Positions 28,061-35,709 are shown, counted from the stretch's first letter. The stretch is DNA of 64,000 nt from Candidatus Omnitrophota bacterium (GCA_015233195.1 JADFYE010000009.1:8026-72025), one strand, 5' to 3'. Notes: generated from the sequence alone by a model not told the origin. A program made the numbers and translations.

Positions 28061-30364
28061 TTATCGAATAAAAAATATTGATTTTGTCGGTGAAGCAGCT
28101 CCTTTACTATCAACCGCTTTTACCACCAACATATGAAAACCTTTGACAGTATACTGAGTAAACAACAATTTAGTATTAGCCGTTTCTACTGATTGACCAT
28201 TATCAATGCTATAAACATATTTGATCGGATCATTTTCCACATCAGTCGCAGACCAATAAACATATTGCCCAGAAACAGCCCCAGCAGAAGTTATTGTTGG
28301 AGCATTATCAATTTGGCAATTGCTGGTGGTACAAATTTGATTCGCTCCAACCCCTATAGTACCATCGCACTGCTCACTACCGCTTACGATCCCATCACCA
28401 CAAACTGATAATTGTACCAATTTACAACTTGAATCACATTTTTGATTGGCACCTACACCAGCTGAACCGTCGCACTGCTCCTTACCATTTTTTATGCCAT
28501 CCCCACAATACTCAGTGGTTTGACAACTAAGAAAATTGGTGCAAGTTGTCCCGCATTGCATTGTGCCAGCATATCCTGCAGTAGCAATACAAGACAACGA
28601 ATTACTATCACACACTTCCCCTGTTTCTATAACACCATTGCCGCAAACAGCACTCGGCGTCGTTCCTGCCCTCGCCAAAGCCGTCCACCATCCATTAGGC
28701 AGTTTCGCCTCATACACATCCACAGTGCCATCGCCGCCAAGCCAATCCGCCCCCCACCAAATTGACAAACCATCTTTGGAAATCGGAGCATATCCTTCTT
28801 TTATATAATTACCATCGTAATTGTTCCGCATATGCGCTATTTTCCATACCCGAGGATGATCCACATTATCTACCAACTCCAACATAAATACTTGATTTTG
28901 AAGACCAATATAATCCTGAGGATTGTTATAAGTTGAAACTGGTATCCACCCTTTTAAATTACGATTAATAACCCGACCAAAATGAAATCCAATCCTCCAA
29001 TTAGGATCCATATCGCCATGATAAATAACATTCATTTTATTACCATTCAAAACATTTGTAGCAGTGACCCAATCAGTACGGTCATCTTGGCAAACAAATA
29101 ACTCATTGCCATTAATATCAAAAGACCATCCTGAATGTGAAGATGAAACACAAACTTTAATTGGATTAATAAAACTAAGATCAAACGCGTACGCACCGTC
29201 GAAAACCGTGCCAGTATCCTGAGGTCTATTACCCCATTCATATGTTATTGTAATCATATTCGGATTAGAATTTGAATACGGTCTAACATATAATTTTGCC
29301 GCCGTGCTGCTGCTGCCCCTAAAATAATAATATTGACCAGGAGCAGTTAGCATTTGAGCAGGATTATCTATGTAGTCCGACGATCCCGAATATTTAATAT
29401 TTAATTGACCCGCTCTTTTTTCAAAAACTTCACCTATAGAATTACCGCTGGTATCTTCTGCAATATACCAAATATTCGCAGAATACTGAATCCAATTCGT
29501 AACATTACCATACCCACCCCAAGTGCGGTCAAAGTCTAATACAACTTTTTTCCCTGATGGAGCCATCTCAACCATATTTGGTTTTGGTATTGCATGATTA
29601 CCATTTGCGTCATAATAATCATATTTACCACCCAATCTAACATAATCAGAGACCATCAGACGCGATACAATTAAATCGGATTCCTTATCATAAACCATGA
29701 AACCCTGTATCGGATCTTGTCCATTTGTATATGGAAACGTCACCATCCACGCCCAATAGCGCGAATCCGCGGAGCCATCACCTTCAACATCCATAAATAT
29801 TTTTCCGCAATTAGTGTACTCTTTAGAAAAATCGTGGATCAATTGACTTTGTCCATTAGTTACGTCGTACTGCTTGAATTGACAACCATTAACAAAATAT
29901 AAACGATTAGGATATTTACCTGAATTATCCCATCGCATTTCACTGCTTTCCAAACTAGGAAATTCATTAACTAACTTATAGACTGTATTATCTGAGCGAT
30001 TATAAATAATCAACCTGTAATCAGTATTTTCACGGATCATAAAATATTTTGTTCCATCACTATTTTCATGTGGAAACCTGCTGTAAACTGCTCTAACATC
30101 ACCTGCTGTTCCCATATCCATAACTTGGCTTCCATCCTTACACAACGAAACCTTACCATAATGCGAATCCGAAAAACATTGATTCTTTTGCGGTTCACTG
30201 ATCTGATCTAAACCAGCAAATGTTATCGGAGTTCCTTTAGTATACGTCTCTACTGTAAAACCATTCGTAGTTTGTTGCGCAGCATCAGCATAAGAACTAA
30301 TTCCCCATGCTAAAAAAAGGGCAACACCAAAAGTGAACAATCTTGCTATAATGTTCGTGTTCAT
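28061..30364 (-). CDS. secreted protein, paralog 1: signal peptide, ~560-aa domain of unknown family, 3 cysteine-rich CGxG..CD repeats, C-terminal Ig/FN3-like domain
   Basis: Signal peptide 'FGVALFLAWGISSYADA'. Cys-rich modules at 28307-28645 (CGNGVIETGEVCD, CGDGIKNGKEQCDG.., CGDGIVSGSEQCDG..). High identity to 30779-33331. Confidence 0.9.
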   Translation of the reverse strand: MNTNIIARLFTFGVALFLAWGISSYADAAQQTTNGFTVETYTKGTPITFAGLDQISEPQKNQCFSDSHYGKVSLCKDGSQVMDMGTAGDVRAVYSRFPHENSDGTKYFMIRENTDYRLIIYNRSDNTVYKLVNEFPSLESSEMRWDNSGKYPNRLYFVNGCQFKQYDVTNGQSQLIHDFSKEYTNCGKIFMDVEGDGSADSRYWAWMVTFPYTNGQDPIQGFMVYDKESDLIVSRLMVSDYVRLGGKYDYYDANGNHAIPKPNMVEMAPSGKKVVLDFDRTWGGYGNVTNWIQYSANIWYIAEDTSGNSIGEVFEKRAGQLNIKYSGSSDYIDNPAQMLTAPGQYYYFRGSSSTAAKLYVRPYSNSNPNMITITYEWGNRPQDTGTVFDGAYAFDLSFINPIKVCVSSSHSGWSFDINGNELFVCQDDRTDWVTATNVLNGNKMNVIYHGDMDPNWRIGFHFGRVINRNLKGWIPVSTYNNPQDYIGLQNQVFMLELVDNVDHPRVWKIAHMRNNYDGNYIKEGYAPISKDGLSIWWGADWLGGDGTVDVYEAKLPNGWWTALARAGTTPSAVCGNGVIETGEVCDSNSLSCIATAGYAGTMQCGTTCTNFLSCQTTEYCGDGIKNGKEQCDGSAGVGANQKCDSSCKLVQLSVCGDGIVSGSEQCDGTIGVGANQICTTSNCQIDNAPTITSAGAVSGQYVYWSATDVENDPIKYVYSIDNGQSVETANTKLLFTQYTVKGFHMLVVKAVDSKGAASPTKSIFFIR

Positions 30365-30404
30365 GTCCCCATCCTTTTTTTTCGGGCTTTTTAAAAATTT
30401 TATA

Positions 30405-30452
30405 TAAAATAAAAAAAGCCCACATCCTATGCCTCAGGCACGGAATATGGGC
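30405..30452 (-). terminator. leader (attenuator) terminator in 5'UTR of paralog 1
   Basis: Minus strand: GCCCAUAUUCCGUGCC-UGAG-GCAUAGGAUGUGGGC followed by UUUUUUUAUUUU. About 50 nt upstream of the ATG. Confidence 0.6.
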
Positions 30453-30483
30453 TTTTATAATATTCGCCACCCAAATCTTAAAT

Positions 30484-30530
30484 ACGGCAACTGGCTATCC
30501 TTTTCATGGGACCCTATAGTTTTGCCGGTA
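30484..30530 (-). promoter_or_regulatory. degenerate c-di-GMP-I aptamer remnant (3' half only)
   Basis: Minus strand 'CCGGCAAAACUAUAGGGUCCCAUGAAAAGGAUAGCCAGUUGCCG' aligns with the 3' half of the intact aptamer at 33453-33526. It lacks the GNRA hairpin and the GGGGACGCAAAGC core. Confidence 0.5.
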
Positions 30531-30648
30531 CTCAAAAAATTAAATATTAATTCGAAAACATTTTGGTAAAAAACAGAACTGAAACTGAAGTATAAAATTT
30601 TGAAAGAAACTGAATAGAAAGCTTACGCCTGCTCAAGTAGAAGTCGGA

Positions 30649-30676
30649 ATAATATCATAGGGAGACACAATGTCAA
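30649..30676 (-). promoter_or_regulatory. sigma70-like promoter for paralog 1 (TTGACA-N16-TATTAT)
   Basis: Minus strand TTGACA (30676-30671), 16-nt spacer, TATTAT (30654-30649). Confidence 0.45.
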
Positions 30677-30715
30677 GAAATAATAAAAACAATTTTTCAT
30701 AGCTCCATAAATGTT

Positions 30716-30751
30716 GTGCTAATTAAAAGAGGGACGCCTCAGCATCCCTCT
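30716..30751 (-). terminator. intrinsic terminator after paralog 2
   Basis: Stem AGAGGGA / UCCCUCU (30728-30734 / 30745-30751) followed on the minus strand by UUUAAUU. Homologous to the terminator at 28013-28036. Confidence 0.5.
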
Positions 30752-30778
30752 CATCCCTCCCGAATCTACCGGTATCAC

Positions 30779-33331
30779 TTATCTTCTAAATGTAATTGTT
30801 TTTGAATTAGAAACAGCTCCTTTATTATCTATGGCTTTAACTGTTATTGTACGAACACCTTTTTTTGTAAATACTGCCATATATAATTTAGTAGCCGTAG
30901 TCGATACCCATTTAGCTCCATCTATACTATACAAATAAGTAATCGAATCCTTATCAGCATCTGTAGCTAACCAATAAATATATTGATTTTGAACCACCCC
31001 TAATGAAATCAGCACCGGCGCATGATTTACCACAACCTGCACCAATTGACAACTTGAATTACAAGTTTGATTAGCGCCTACACCTGCGGTACCATCGCAT
31101 TGTTCTGTTGATTGATTAACAACACTATCACCACAATACGGCAACTGTACCAATTGACAACTTGCATTACATGTTTGGTTAGCGCCTACACCAGCGGTGC
31201 CATCACATTGTTCTGTTGATTGATTAACAATACCATCACCGCAATATGACACATTAACTAACTGGCAGCTGGAATTACAAGTTTGATGAGTGCCTACACC
31301 GGCTGTTCCGTCGCATTGCTCAACACCATTTTTAATTCCATCACCGCAAAATTCTTTAGCTTGACAAGCAAGAAAACCTGTACAAACTGTACCACATTGC
31401 ATCGTCCCATTATATCCAGCAGAAGTTACACAAGTGGTCGAGTTTTGATCACATACTTCTCCAGTTTCTATGAGTCCATTACCGCAAACTGCAGCAACCG
31501 GAAGCATTGCTGTACAAGTCGCGTTACAATATCCTGCTTTTCCATTATTTGCACCACTATCACAAATTTCACTGCCTTCTTTTACTCCATTACCGCAAAC
31601 TGCAGCTGGTGGCGGAGGCGTAGTCACCGTGCCAGTTCTGGATAAAACATTCCACCATCCATAAGGTAATTTTGCTTCATATACATCAACTGTACCATCA
31701 CCGCCCATCCAATCCGCCCCCCACCAAATTGACATTCCGTCTTTTGAAATAGGAGCGTATCCTTCCTTCATATAATTACCGGCATAATTGTTACGCATAT
31801 GAGCTATTTTCCAAACCCGAGGATGATCAGCATTATCCACCAACTCCAACATAAATACTTGATTTTGTAACCCAATATAATCTTGAGTATAATTATAAGT
31901 TGAAACTGGAATCCATCCCTTTAAATCAGGATTTGTAACTCGACCGAAATGAAACCCGATCCTCCAGTTATAATCCATATCACCGTGATAAATAACGTTC
32001 ATTTTGTTACCGTTTAAAACATTAGTAGCAGTTATCCAATCTGTACGGTCATCTTGGCAAACAAATAATTCATTACCATTAATATCAAATGACCAACCAG
32101 AATGTGAAGATGAAACACAAACTTTTACCGGATTAATAAAAGTCGGATCAAAAGCATAAGCACCATCAAAAAGGGTGCCAGTATCCCGAGCTCTATCACC
32201 CCATTCATATACTAAAGATAAAGTGTTAGGATCAACCCCGGTCAGCGTCTTAACATATAATTTTTCTGAAACGCCATCTCCTCCACGGAAATGATAAAAC
32301 TGACCTAAAGTAGTTATCTTGGCTGTAGGATTATCCGTATAATCCGCCCAAACTTCACTATAATATGTTTTAGCGCCTGAACTATTTTCTTCATACACAT
32401 GACTGATCGAATTGCCATAAGTGTCAACCTGCACATACCAAATACCGCTTCCATAATATTGCCAATTAGCAGCATTTACATATCCCCCCCAGGTTCTGCT
32501 ATAATCCAACACAATTTTTTTACCAGAAGGAGCCATTTCTACCATATTAGGTTTTGGCATAGCAGCATTTCCATTTGCATCAAAGAAATCACATTTACCG
32601 CCTAACCTTTTATAATCATCAACATTTAATTTAGACACAATAATATCCGCATCTTTATCATAAACAATAAATTCACGGATCGCGCTCTGCTGCCCATCAT
32701 ACGGCCAAGTAACCATCCATCCCCAATAACGCGAATCAGCAGAACTATCTCCTTCAACGTCCATGAATATTTTTCCACAACCAGCATACTCATTTGAAAA
32801 ATCATGGATCAATTGACTTTGTCCATTCGTTATATCGTACTGTTTGAATTGACAACCTTCGACATAGTATAAACGATTCGGATATTTTCCTGAATAATCC
32901 CACCGCATCTCTATTCCTTCCAAGCTGGGAAATTCATTAACTATTTTATAAACCGTATTATCTGAACGGTTATAAATAATCAACCTATAATCAGTATTTT
33001 CACGGATCACAAAATATTTTGTTCCATCACTATTTTCATGTGGAAACCTGCTATAAACCGCTCTTATGTCCCCCTGTGTTCCCATATCCGTTACCTGACT
33101 ATCATCCTTACATAACTCCACGTTCCCATAATGTGAATCAGTAAAACATTCATTTTTTTGTGGCTCACTGATCTGATCCATACCAGCAAATGTTATTGGA
33201 GTTCCTTTAGTGTAAGTCTCTACTGTAAAACCATTCGTAGTTTGTTGTGCATAAGCATAAGAACCAATTCCCCATGCTAAAAAAAGGGCAACGCCAAAGG
33301 TGAACAATCTTGCTACAATGTTCGTGTTCAT
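30779..33331 (-). CDS. secreted protein, paralog 2: same architecture with 5 cysteine-rich repeats
   Basis: Start placed at 'MNTNIVARLF' (ATG 33331, SD-like GGAUGGGG upstream), matching paralog 1. The track ORF's extra 48 codons run through the leader terminator. Cys-rich modules at 31031-31597. Confidence 0.9.
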   Translation of the reverse strand: MNTNIVARLFTFGVALFLAWGIGSYAYAQQTTNGFTVETYTKGTPITFAGMDQISEPQKNECFTDSHYGNVELCKDDSQVTDMGTQGDIRAVYSRFPHENSDGTKYFVIRENTDYRLIIYNRSDNTVYKIVNEFPSLEGIEMRWDYSGKYPNRLYYVEGCQFKQYDITNGQSQLIHDFSNEYAGCGKIFMDVEGDSSADSRYWGWMVTWPYDGQQSAIREFIVYDKDADIIVSKLNVDDYKRLGGKCDFFDANGNAAMPKPNMVEMAPSGKKIVLDYSRTWGGYVNAANWQYYGSGIWYVQVDTYGNSISHVYEENSSGAKTYYSEVWADYTDNPTAKITTLGQFYHFRGGDGVSEKLYVKTLTGVDPNTLSLVYEWGDRARDTGTLFDGAYAFDPTFINPVKVCVSSSHSGWSFDINGNELFVCQDDRTDWITATNVLNGNKMNVIYHGDMDYNWRIGFHFGRVTNPDLKGWIPVSTYNYTQDYIGLQNQVFMLELVDNADHPRVWKIAHMRNNYAGNYMKEGYAPISKDGMSIWWGADWMGGDGTVDVYEAKLPYGWWNVLSRTGTVTTPPPPAAVCGNGVKEGSEICDSGANNGKAGYCNATCTAMLPVAAVCGNGLIETGEVCDQNSTTCVTSAGYNGTMQCGTVCTGFLACQAKEFCGDGIKNGVEQCDGTAGVGTHQTCNSSCQLVNVSYCGDGIVNQSTEQCDGTAGVGANQTCNASCQLVQLPYCGDSVVNQSTEQCDGTAGVGANQTCNSSCQLVQVVVNHAPVLISLGVVQNQYIYWLATDADKDSITYLYSIDGAKWVSTTATKLYMAVFTKKGVRTITVKAIDNKGAVSNSKTITFRR
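31031..31351 (-). repeat. in-frame tandem repeat (108+108+105 bp) encoding three CGDG..EQCDGTAGVG..C..SCQLV modules
   Basis: Units 31031-31138 and 31139-31246 encode near-identical 36-aa modules (YCGDSVVNQSTEQCDGTAGVGANQTCNSSCQLVQVV / YCGDGIVNQSTEQCDGTAGVGANQTCNASCQLVQLP). The third unit is 31247-31351. Confidence 0.85.
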
Positions 33332-33369
33332 GTCCCCATCCTTTTTTTTCGGGCTTTTTAAAAATTTTG

Positions 33370-33421
33370 CAAAAAATAAAAAAGGCCCAAATCCTATGCT
33401 CACAGGCACAGAATATGGACC
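33370..33421 (-). terminator. leader terminator (expression platform of the proximal riboswitch)
   Basis: Minus strand: GGUCCAUAUUCUGUGCC-UGUGA-GCAUAGGAUUUGGGCC, ~16 pairs with one mismatch, followed by UUUUUUAUUUUUU. Confidence 0.65.
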
Positions 33422-33452
33422 TTTGTAATATTCACTAATAAATTTTTGCACA

Positions 33453-33526
33453 CGGCAACTGGCTATCCTTTTCATAGGACCCTCTAGCTTTGCGTCCCCG
33501 CCTTACGACGGGTTTGCCTTTATCGT
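33453..33526 (-). promoter_or_regulatory. c-di-GMP-I (GEMM-I) riboswitch aptamer, proximal copy
   Basis: Minus-strand RNA is ACGAUAAAGGCAAACCCGUCGUAAGGCGGGGACGCAAAGCUAGAGGGUCCUAUGAAAAGGAUAGCCAGUUGCCG. It has the hallmark GGCAAACC, a GNRA (GUAA) hairpin, then GGGACGCAAAGC. Confidence 0.8.
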
Positions 33527-33537
33527 TTTATCAGACC

Positions 33538-33572
33538 GAAAAAAAGCTCATTCCGGATAATCAGAATGAGCT
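33538..33572 (-). terminator. intrinsic terminator between the two aptamers (expression platform of the distal riboswitch)
   Basis: Minus strand: AGCUCAUUC (33572-33564), 10-nt loop, GAAUGAGCU (33553-33545), a perfect 9-bp stem followed by UUUUUUC (the stem's last U extends this to a run of seven). Confidence 0.7.
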
Positions 33573-33596
33573 AAAATATTCTCGCTTCATCGATCT

Positions 33597-33720
33597 GATT
33601 CGGTAACCGGCTGTCCTGCCTTTCAGGACCCTTGGCTTTGCCTGTGAACCACTTAGATTCACAGCCCTGTACCCTACTGGTTCAGGGGTCCCCACCTTAC
33701 GATGGGTTTGCCTTTATCGT
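33597..33720 (-). promoter_or_regulatory. c-di-GMP-I-like riboswitch aptamer, distal copy, with 46-nt insertion in the core
   Basis: 5' part ACGAUAAAGGCAAACCCAUCGUAAGGUGGGGAC. 3' part GCAAAGCCAAGGGUCCUGAAAGGCAGGACAGCCGGUUACCGAAUC. The two parts are separated by two 23-nt hairpins (33642-33687). Confidence 0.7.
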
Positions 33721-33797
33721 CAAACACAACACAAACTTCTATTTCAAGTATAAACTAAACTAGCTCCAAAAAACAAGTACCCTATAATAAAAAATTT

Positions 33798-34691
33798 TTA
33801 CTTAATTACCGTCGGAGCAGCGTTCTTCACTGATTTTAATTGTTGAATCAACTTTTTAAATCCTTCAGCTATAGGACTTTTAGGATATTTTTCTACAAAT
33901 GCCTGATACACTGTAATTGCCGCATCATAATCTTTTAGTTCACGTACTGCAATTGCATTAATACGCTGAACTAAAGCCTGTATCTGCATCGGCAATAAAG
34001 CCCCTTTACTGCCATAATCCGAAAGTATCTTTCCATAATTTTGCAAAGCATCATTCCAACGGTTCTGAGCAAGATAACAATCAGACATCATATTCAATGC
34101 TGCTAATCCTGCCATCTTATCCGCGTAATCATTTGCAATTTTCTTATAAAAAGAAATAGCCTTATCATATGCTTCTACAGTTTTTTGAAAATCATTAGTC
34201 TTTTTATAATAATTTCCTATATACCCAGGCACTACCAAACCAGCTTTAGTTATCGGATATTCCTTATTAGTTCTTTCATAAAAACTCACAGCTTGTTCCC
34301 ATTTACCCGAAAGTTCATAAGTACGACCTATAGCAAATAAAGCTTCCGCGCACGTATCCGCACTTCCCTTATAAACATCGAGTATTTTTGTAAACTCTTC
34401 CCGAGCCAAATCATTCTGTTTTCGAATCAAATACAAATTACCTAAAGAAAAATAAACTTCCCTGATCAAAACATGTCCAGGATACTTTTCTATCATTTTT
34501 TTGTGAGCAAGGATAACCTTATCAATAGCATTTTCCGGTACAATTTGCGGATCCTTAGCAATATCAGCGTATTGCTTCTCCAAATTCCAGATTTCACGCT
34601 CTAAAGAATAATTTCCTTTGTAACCTAAAACTGCCAAAACTACAAAAATCACTACCAGAATAGCAACATAAAATTTAATAGTATTTTTCAT
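33798..34691 (-). CDS. TPR-repeat protein with N-terminal membrane anchor
   Basis: N-terminal TM (YVAILVVIFVVLAVLGY) followed by several 34-aa TPR-like repeats (..A...Y.KA...Y.....). Confidence 0.75.
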   Translation of the reverse strand: MKNTIKFYVAILVVIFVVLAVLGYKGNYSLEREIWNLEKQYADIAKDPQIVPENAIDKVILAHKKMIEKYPGHVLIREVYFSLGNLYLIRKQNDLAREEFTKILDVYKGSADTCAEALFAIGRTYELSGKWEQAVSFYERTNKEYPITKAGLVVPGYIGNYYKKTNDFQKTVEAYDKAISFYKKIANDYADKMAGLAALNMMSDCYLAQNRWNDALQNYGKILSDYGSKGALLPMQIQALVQRINAIAVRELKDYDAAITVYQAFVEKYPKSPIAEGFKKLIQQLKSVKNAAPTVIK

Positions 34692-34696
34692 ATTTA

Positions 34697-35563
34697 TTAT
34701 TCCTTATTTGAAAGAAAAAATTTAGTTAAAGCTGTATAAATAATAGCATCAATTATCCCAGTCATTATATAGCCTACCGCGATTATCCAAACCCGCATTT
34801 CCTGCGAAGTAACATTTGCTATTTCATTTATACTAGCCCGCATTACCAAAAATGGAATATAAAATATTGTAGGAATTAAAACAATCAATAAAACTTTTCC
34901 AAAATTTTTAAATAATAATTTAAAATTTGATATCAATGCCGAAAAAAGATTCTTTTTAGCTATGACTAAAAACGGCACAAAAAAAGCGAATAATGCTGTA
35001 GCAAAACATCCTAATAACAAATTAAAATAAGGCGCACCGTATATTATCACAGCTTTTAACATAAAAAACATTCCGCTGGTTGACTTAATCTTAAATGCCC
35101 TAGCCATTAATAAACTATAACTTTGGTTAAGAAATAAAAATACAACCAAAAATAAAATTGCAGCTACTAAAACATGAAAATATTTTGGTAAAGCAATTCT
35201 ACGAGCATGACCCAATTCAGCTTTTTGATTTTGAACTACTAAACTTAAAGCAACAGCAGAAACTGCCATAAGAAAATTACCCGCCAATAAAAAAAATGCT
35301 ACTTGTAACGGATAGATCATTTTAGGTAATAAAAATAAATTATTTGGATAGTGCAAAAAAACTACTCCCCATAATTTTTGAATAACTGGTCCCATAAAAT
35401 TTACCAATGGAAAACGGGTAGAAAAATAACAAAATTCTAATATTAATAATTCAAAAAATATAATAGTAATGAACGGAACTGAAACTGCAGGATTTTTAAG
35501 AAGCAGTGAAACCGCCTCTCCTAAAAGCGGAATTACTCCGTTTTTTTGAGATTGATTTTCCAT
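34697..35563 (-). CDS. polytopic membrane protein of unknown function
   Basis: About 7-8 hydrophobic segments. Sits within the EPS locus. Confidence 0.6.
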   Translation of the reverse strand: MENQSQKNGVIPLLGEAVSLLLKNPAVSVPFITIIFFELLILEFCYFSTRFPLVNFMGPVIQKLWGVVFLHYPNNLFLLPKMIYPLQVAFFLLAGNFLMAVSAVALSLVVQNQKAELGHARRIALPKYFHVLVAAILFLVVFLFLNQSYSLLMARAFKIKSTSGMFFMLKAVIIYGAPYFNLLLGCFATALFAFFVPFLVIAKKNLFSALISNFKLLFKNFGKVLLIVLIPTIFYIPFLVMRASINEIANVTSQEMRVWIIAVGYIMTGIIDAIIYTALTKFFLSNKE

Positions 35564-35645
35564 AATTACTCTCCCATTAATGGTTTAGAACATGAAGTAT
35601 AAAAACTGTTAGATAGTATCTCACTACTAAAACAAACTGTCAACC

Positions 35646-35680
35646 TGAAAAAAAAGGAGACAGATATTATCTGTCTCCTT
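35646..35680 (-). terminator. intrinsic terminator after the PEP-CTERM protein gene
   Basis: Minus strand: AAGGAGACAGAU / AUCUGUCUCCUU, a 12-bp stem (35654-35680), followed by UUUUUUUU. Confidence 0.65.
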
Positions 35681-35709
35681 AATACTAAATATGTAAAATA
35701 ATCTTAATA

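Noticed and set aside
28193-28808. Three + strand ORFs (28193, 28520, 28536) and the analogous 31283 and 31470 ORFs
   Set aside because: They are antisense to the cysteine-rich-repeat regions of the two large secreted-protein genes. The translations are proline/serine/isoleucine-rich nonsense with no independent signals.
33332-33475. N-terminal 48-codon extension of the track ORF 30779..33475
   Set aside because: The extension runs through the leader terminator hairpin and U-tract. Paralog 1 starts at the homologous 'MNTNI..' ATG with the same SD-like sequence, so 33331 is taken as the start.
28012-33490. The duplicated 2.6-kb units as a mobile element or phase-variation cassette
   Set aside because: There is no transposase, integrase or invertase gene and there are no inverted repeats at the unit boundaries. 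The duplication is direct (head-to-tail), consistent with simple tandem duplication.
33642-33687. The 46-nt insertion in the distal aptamer as a miniature transposable element
   Set aside because: I could see no terminal inverted repeats spanning the whole insert, no target-site duplication and no second copy in the window. It is treated as an RNA structural insertion instead.
33798-34691. The TPR protein as the PrsT-type PEP-CTERM system TPR lipoprotein
   Set aside because: It is much shorter than I recall for PrsT and has a TM anchor rather than a lipobox. Only the generic TPR call is supported.
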